Shown piece by piece: positions 59,980-64,000 of a stretch of DNA of 64,000 nucleotides (positions are counted from its first letter, which is position 1; each line of letters starts with the position of its first letter). The notes under the pieces are model-generated. The model was not told the DNA's origin and searched no databases. It was given only the letters and a program-made list of their open reading frames with translations. The DNA is from Candidatus Limnocylindrales bacterium (GTDB lineage Bacteria > Chloroflexota > Limnocylindria > Limnocylindrales > CSP1-4). A program made the position numbers and the translations under genes. The stretch lies in the NCBI GenBank assembly GCA_035693125.1, contig DASSHB010000031.1, positions 29,864 to 93,863 of the forward strand, in the 5' to 3' direction.

Positions 59980-60768
59980 ATGCCCCGCAACCGCTGGATC
60001 GGCCGCGCCCGGCCGCTGATCATCGCCCACCGCGGCCATTCCATCGAGGTCCCCGAGAACACGCTCGAGGCGTATCGCCGGGCGGTCGAGCTGGGGGTCG
60101 AGATGATCGAGTGCGACGTGAACCGGACCCGGGACGGCGAACTCGTGATGATCCACGACTGGACGCTCGATCGGACGACGAACGGGTCCGGGCGCGTCGA
60201 GGAGCTGACGCTGGCCGAGGTCCGGGCCCTCGACGCCGGATCGCGCTTCGACCCGTCCTTCGCCGGCATCCGGGTCCCGACGACGGCCGAAGCCCTCGAC
60301 TTCGCCCGCGAGGCCGGCGTCCTGATGTGCTTCGAGGTCAAGGGCGAGACGCCGGCCCACTTCCGGCGCGTGGCCGAGGAGCTCGTGGATCTCTTCGTCG
60401 CCAAGGACGCGCTCGGCTGGGCGTTCATGTCGAGCTACGACCACGAAGCGCTGGCGGCGGCCAAGGCGAAGGTGTCCGAGCTGATGCTCGCGCCGGAGCG
60501 CCTGCCCGATGACGTCCCGGCCGTCCTTCCCGAGGCGATCCGCCAGGCCGAGGCGCTGGGAGCCGAGGCGCTCCAGAACCACTGGCGGTACGTCACGAGC
60601 GAGCTCGTCGACGGGCTCCACGAGCGCGAGATCGCGATCTGGACGTGGCCGACGACCGAGGACGAGGGGATCATCCGGAGCCTCGACGCGGGCGTCGACG
60701 GGGTGATGGGCGACGACGTGGCGGCGATGGTTCGGCTCGTCGGCGAACGCTTCGGTCCTCCGGCCTAG
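59980..60768 (+). CDS. Glycerophosphodiester phosphodiesterase (GDPD) family protein
   Basis: LIIAHRGHS, PENTLEAYRRAVELGVEMIECDVNRTRDG and HDWTLDRTT. It is a paralogue of 37722..38534. Confidence 0.85.
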   Translation: MPRNRWIGRARPLIIAHRGHSIEVPENTLEAYRRAVELGVEMIECDVNRTRDGELVMIHDWTLDRTTNGSGRVEELTLAEVRALDAGSRFDPSFAGIRVPTTAEALDFAREAGVLMCFEVKGETPAHFRRVAEELVDLFVAKDALGWAFMSSYDHEALAAAKAKVSELMLAPERLPDDVPAVLPEAIRQAEALGAEALQNHWRYVTSELVDGLHEREIAIWTWPTTEDEGIIRSLDAGVDGVMGDDVAAMVRLVGERFGPPA

Positions 60769-60887
60769 GGCGGCGCCTCGGACCAATCGACATCCCGCGG
60801 ACGGCGGGCGGGCCGACGATCAGGCGGTCGCCCCAGGCGAGGACGGCGACGGCGGCGAGGGTGGACATCGCTCGGCCGGGCTGACGC

Positions 60888-60911
60888 CACCGCCGGCGGC
60901 CGCCGGCGGTG
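60888..60911. terminator. Perfect 24-nt GC palindrome between convergent genes
   Basis: CACCGCCGGCGG|CCGCCGGCGGTG forms a 10-bp stem with a 4-nt loop on either strand. It ends 3 nt before the aldolase stop codon at 60915 and has no U tract. Confidence 0.4.
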
Positions 60912-60914
60912 CGC

Positions 60915-61586
60915 TCATCCGGAGCTCGATCGTCCGGTCTGGCGCGGGAACCGGGCCATTTGATCACGGACGCGGTCGAGCTCGGCGGCATCGAGGATCG
61001 CCGCGGTCCCGATCGCCGCGGCCCGCCACGCGAGCATCGCCAGCTCCTCCACGCGCTCGGCGCGCGCGAACGCGGTCGCCAGGTCCGGGCCGACCGCGAT
61101 CGCGCCGTGCGAGGCGAGCAGGACCGCGTGGTCGGGGCCCAGCGCGCCGATCACGTTCGTCCCGAGCTCGGCCGTCCCGAACGTCGCGTACTCGGCGATC
61201 TCGATCCGATCGCCGCCTGGCTCGACGAGGGTCGCGAGGACGTAGTGGACGGCCGGGATCGGCTGGCGCACGAGCGAGAACGTCGTTGCGTACGGGGAGT
61301 GCGTGTGAACGATCGCGCCGACATCGGGCCGCGCGGCGTAGACGGCGAGGTGCAGCGGCAGCTCGGAGGTGGGCCGCCGGCCCCCCTCGAGGACCGCGCC
61401 GGAGGCGTCGACGATCACGACGTCGGCCTCGGTCAGCTCGTCGTAATCGAGGTTCGCCGGGGTGACGGCGATCCGGCCGCCATGCCCGCGAGCGGACACA
61501 TTGCCCGACGTTCCGACGGCGAGGCCTCGGGATCGCAGCAGCCGGGCCGCCCGGACGACATCGCCCCGGACCGCGCCGGCGATCAC
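60915..61586 (-). CDS. Class II aldolase/adducin family protein (fuculose-phosphate-aldolase / MtnB-like fold)
   Basis: GTG at 61586 overlaps the GNAT stop. Motifs GTSGNVSAR, SELPLHLAVY, IVHTHSPYAT and LLASHGAIAVG. Confidence 0.85.
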   Translation of the reverse strand: MIAGAVRGDVVRAARLLRSRGLAVGTSGNVSARGHGGRIAVTPANLDYDELTEADVVIVDASGAVLEGGRRPTSELPLHLAVYAARPDVGAIVHTHSPYATTFSLVRQPIPAVHYVLATLVEPGGDRIEIAEYATFGTAELGTNVIGALGPDHAVLLASHGAIAVGPDLATAFARAERVEELAMLAWRAAAIGTAAILDAAELDRVRDQMARFPRQTGRSSSG

Positions 61587-62197
61587 GGTTCCGCCTTCGC
61601 GCCGAAGTCCAGGCGCATCAGCCAGCGCGTGCGCCCGTCGCTGTGAGCGGCCGTCGGCAGCACCCTGCGGAAGCCCGCCCGCTCGAACATCGGGGTCACG
61701 CCGACGTACCCGAAGCTGACGTCGACGCGACCGCCTTCCGGGTCGATCGGGTAGGCCTCGACGCCCGGCGCGCCGGCCCGCCGCGCGTAGTCGACGACGC
61801 CGTCGAGGAGCGCGGCCGCGACGCCGCGCCGCCGGAACCCGACCCGGACCTTGAAGCAGAGGATCGCCCAGACCGGCTCGTCGTCGATCCGTGGGATCGT
61901 CCGCGAGCGCTCGAGCCGCGGCAACAACGGCCGTGGCCCGAAGCCGCACCAGCCGGCCACCTCGCCGTCGACGTACGCGAGCAGTCCTGGCGGCGGCTCC
62001 TCGGCCAGCTGTTCCTGAAGGGCCGCCCGCCGGGCCCCCGGCGGGGTGTTCCGCCCGGCGCCGACCCGGCCGCGTGGTGCCTGGCACCAGCAGCCCACGT
62101 CCGTGTCGCCCATGACCGTGACGACGTCCGCCCAGCGATCCGGCGTCGCCGGCACGACGACGATCCCGCCGCTGCTCACGGCAGGAGCCGATCCCAC
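61583..62197 (-). CDS. GNAT family N-acetyltransferase (CWC-motif subgroup)
   Basis: ..VGCWCQAPRG.., PGLLAYVDGEVAGWCGF, DDEPVWAILCFKVRVGFRRRGV and GAPGVEAYPIDP. It is a paralogue of 9229..9852. Its start overlaps the upstream ORF by 22 nt, so a later start is possible. Confidence 0.8.
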   Translation of the reverse strand: MGSAPAVSSGGIVVVPATPDRWADVVTVMGDTDVGCWCQAPRGRVGAGRNTPPGARRAALQEQLAEEPPPGLLAYVDGEVAGWCGFGPRPLLPRLERSRTIPRIDDEPVWAILCFKVRVGFRRRGVAAALLDGVVDYARRAGAPGVEAYPIDPEGGRVDVSFGYVGVTPMFERAGFRRVLPTAAHSDGRTRWLMRLDFGAKAEP

Positions 62198-62604
62198 AGC
62201 CCCAGCAGCTCGCCCCGGATGTCCGCGTCGAGCCGATCGCCGAGGACGAGCGCGGAGACGGCTTCATCGAGCGAGCGCAGGATCGCCAGGCGCTCCTCCG
62301 GGTTCGCAACGGGACCGGTGCCGGCGAAGCCCGCGATCGTCGGGCGGAAGGCGGCATCCGCGTACGCACGCAGGACGTACGCGCGGACGGCCGCCCGCGC
62401 CGCGTCGAGGGGTTCCTCCAACCCGAGCTCGCGGGTGGTCAGCGCCGCCGTCTCGACCGCGCGCCGGTGCCGGGGTTGGCGCCGCCGGGCCATGTACAGC
62501 GGCAGGTCGTCGAGGTGGACCCGCTCGAGGGCCCTGGCGAACGCATCCAGTCGCAGGCGGGCGTCTGACGGCAGGTGCCCCAGCGCGTCCCCCGGGTCGC
62601 TCAC
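62176..62604 (-). CDS. Hypothetical protein (helical, 142 aa)
   Basis: The GTG overlaps the aminotransferase stop (GTGA at 62601-62604). The composition is protein-like, and I recognise no family. Confidence 0.5.
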   Translation of the reverse strand: MSDPGDALGHLPSDARLRLDAFARALERVHLDDLPLYMARRRQPRHRRAVETAALTTRELGLEEPLDAARAAVRAYVLRAYADAAFRPTIAGFAGTGPVANPEERLAILRSLDEAVSALVLGDRLDADIRGELLGLWDRLLP

Positions 62605-63941
62605 GCGCCGGCGGCGGCCAGGCTCTCGTCGAGCGTCCGAAGCGCCAGCTCGACCTCGTCGGCCGTCGTGACGAGCGGCGGGATGATCCGGACGACGTTC
62701 ACGTAGGTCCCGGCCGTGAGGACGATCAGCTTCCGCTTCAGGGCCTCGGCCTGGACGCGTTTCGTGACATCGGCGTCCGGGACGCGCCCGTCACCCTCCG
62801 CCGGCTTGACGAACTCGAGGGCCAGCATCAGCCCCAACCCGCGGACGTCCCCGATGGACGGGTACTTCGGGGCGAGCGCCCGCAACCCTGCCAGGAACTG
62901 AGCGCCGCGCTCGCGCGCATTCGCGACCAGCCCCTCGTCCTCGATGACGTCGAGGGTCGCGTTCGCCGCCGCGCACGCCACGACGTTGCCGCCGTACGTG
63001 CCGCCATGGCTTCCGGGCGGCATCGCCTCGAGGATCTCGCGCCGGGCCACGATCCCGCTGAGGGGCAATCCGCTCGCGATCCCCTTGGCCATGACAAGGA
63101 TGTCGGGCTCCACGTCCCAGTGCTGAACCGCGAACAGCTCGCCCGTCCGCCCGAAGCCGGTCTGGACCTCGTCGGCGACCAGGAGGATCCCGTGCCGGCG
63201 GGTGATCTCGCGGAGGCGGGGCAGGAAGCCGGGCGGCGGCACCAGGTAGCCGCCCTCGCCGAGGACCGGCTCCACGATGATCGCCGCGACGTGCTCGGGG
63301 TAGACGTACTGGTGGAACGTCAGGTCGAGCTGGGCCTCCCAATCGCAGACGCACGCCTCGATCGGATGGGCGCCGCCGGGCCAGCGATAGCAGTACGGAT
63401 AGGCCGTGTGGTAGACGCTGCCGGGCAAGGGCTCGAAATGGCCCCGATAGACGTCCTTCGCCGTCGTGAGGGCCATCGTCTGGCCGGTCCGCCCGTGGTA
63501 GCCGTAGCGGAAGCCGAGGATCACCGGCCGGCCCGTCGCGATCCGGGCGAGCTTGACCGACGCCTCGACCGCCTCGGCGCCGCTGTTCGACAGGAACGCG
63601 GCCCACTCCCCGCCGTCGCGCGGCGCGGGCAGGACCGTCCGCAGTCGCTCGTATAGCCGGAGCCCGGGCTCGTGGTAGGGGATGTTCTGCTGGGCGTGGA
63701 GGATCTTCGCCGCCTGGGCCTGGACGGCGGCCACGACCCGCGGATGGGCGTGCCCGGTGTTCGTCACGCCGATTCCCGAGGAATAGTCGAGGTAGCGTTC
63801 GCCGTCCGTCGTGATCAGCCACGAGCCCTCACCGCGGTCGACGACGAGATTCGTGATCCGGCTCCAGACCGGCGGGATGACCGACCGGTCGGGGAGGGGA
63901 CCGCTTCCGGCGGCGGTCGGCGCGGGGGCGGTGTCGACCAC
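62601..63941 (-). CDS. Class III (aspartate aminotransferase family) PLP aminotransferase, 4-aminobutyrate aminotransferase-like
   Basis: SGIGVTNTGHAHPRVV, SNSGAEAVE, LLVADEVQTGFGRTG and DILVMAKGIASGLP (the PLP lysine). Confidence 0.88.
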   Translation of the reverse strand: MVDTAPAPTAAGSGPLPDRSVIPPVWSRITNLVVDRGEGSWLITTDGERYLDYSSGIGVTNTGHAHPRVVAAVQAQAAKILHAQQNIPYHEPGLRLYERLRTVLPAPRDGGEWAAFLSNSGAEAVEASVKLARIATGRPVILGFRYGYHGRTGQTMALTTAKDVYRGHFEPLPGSVYHTAYPYCYRWPGGAHPIEACVCDWEAQLDLTFHQYVYPEHVAAIIVEPVLGEGGYLVPPPGFLPRLREITRRHGILLVADEVQTGFGRTGELFAVQHWDVEPDILVMAKGIASGLPLSGIVARREILEAMPPGSHGGTYGGNVVACAAANATLDVIEDEGLVANARERGAQFLAGLRALAPKYPSIGDVRGLGLMLALEFVKPAEGDGRVPDADVTKRVQAEALKRKLIVLTAGTYVNVVRIIPPLVTTADEVELALRTLDESLAAAGA

Positions 63942-64000
63942 GGGACTCCTTCGGGTGCGTGTCAGCGGATGCGGGCGGCGCGTCCGGATCGGAGGGTGGT

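Overview
This is a very GC-rich (by eye, not computed), gene-dense bacterial chromosomal segment. It is probably Actinomycetota, judging from tandem mycothiol-synthase-like double-GNAT genes, many GTG starts and apparent leaderless genes. I call about 58 protein-coding genes. I found no rRNA, tRNA, CRISPR array, transposase or integrase. All family calls rest on motif recognition in the supplied translations, and no database search was possible.

The left part (0-21 kb) holds a PAS histidine kinase, an MBL hydrolase and a long minus-strand operon. That operon runs from an ABC-2 exporter through a 64-aa ORF, RsgA and two MshD-like GNATs, and is preceded by a structured leader with a 27-codon sORF and a T6 terminator. 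The left part also holds a degenerate secretion-ATPase-like gene, an adenylate-cyclase/STAND/TPR protein, a ChlI-like AAA+ and vWA pair, and a class II aldolase.

The right part (22-61 kb) looks like a catabolic island for polyol, sugar-phosphate and glycerophosphodiester-type compounds. It contains 3 GntR/HutC regulators, 3 FGGY kinases (one GlpK-like), 2 GDPDs, 2 APC permeases, a PotABCD-like ABC importer, 2 HAD phosphatases, a G1P-dehydrogenase-like Fe-ADH, a fused GlpA-like flavoprotein and a DUF2264/PL22-like/deacetylase cluster.

The most interesting item is a co-directional seven-gene cluster at 29.2-36.9 kb. In it a form-IV RuBisCO-like protein is translationally coupled between an FGGY kinase and TpiA-like/RpiB-like isomerases, behind a HisC-like aminotransferase and an APC permease. 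This context matches none of the RLP pathways I know, so it is a candidate undescribed pathway. Other signals are a recurrent 13-mer (ATCATACGTCTGA-like) at five intergenic control regions, leaderless promoter geometry, pervasive NTGA start/stop overlaps and two probable non-canonical start codons.
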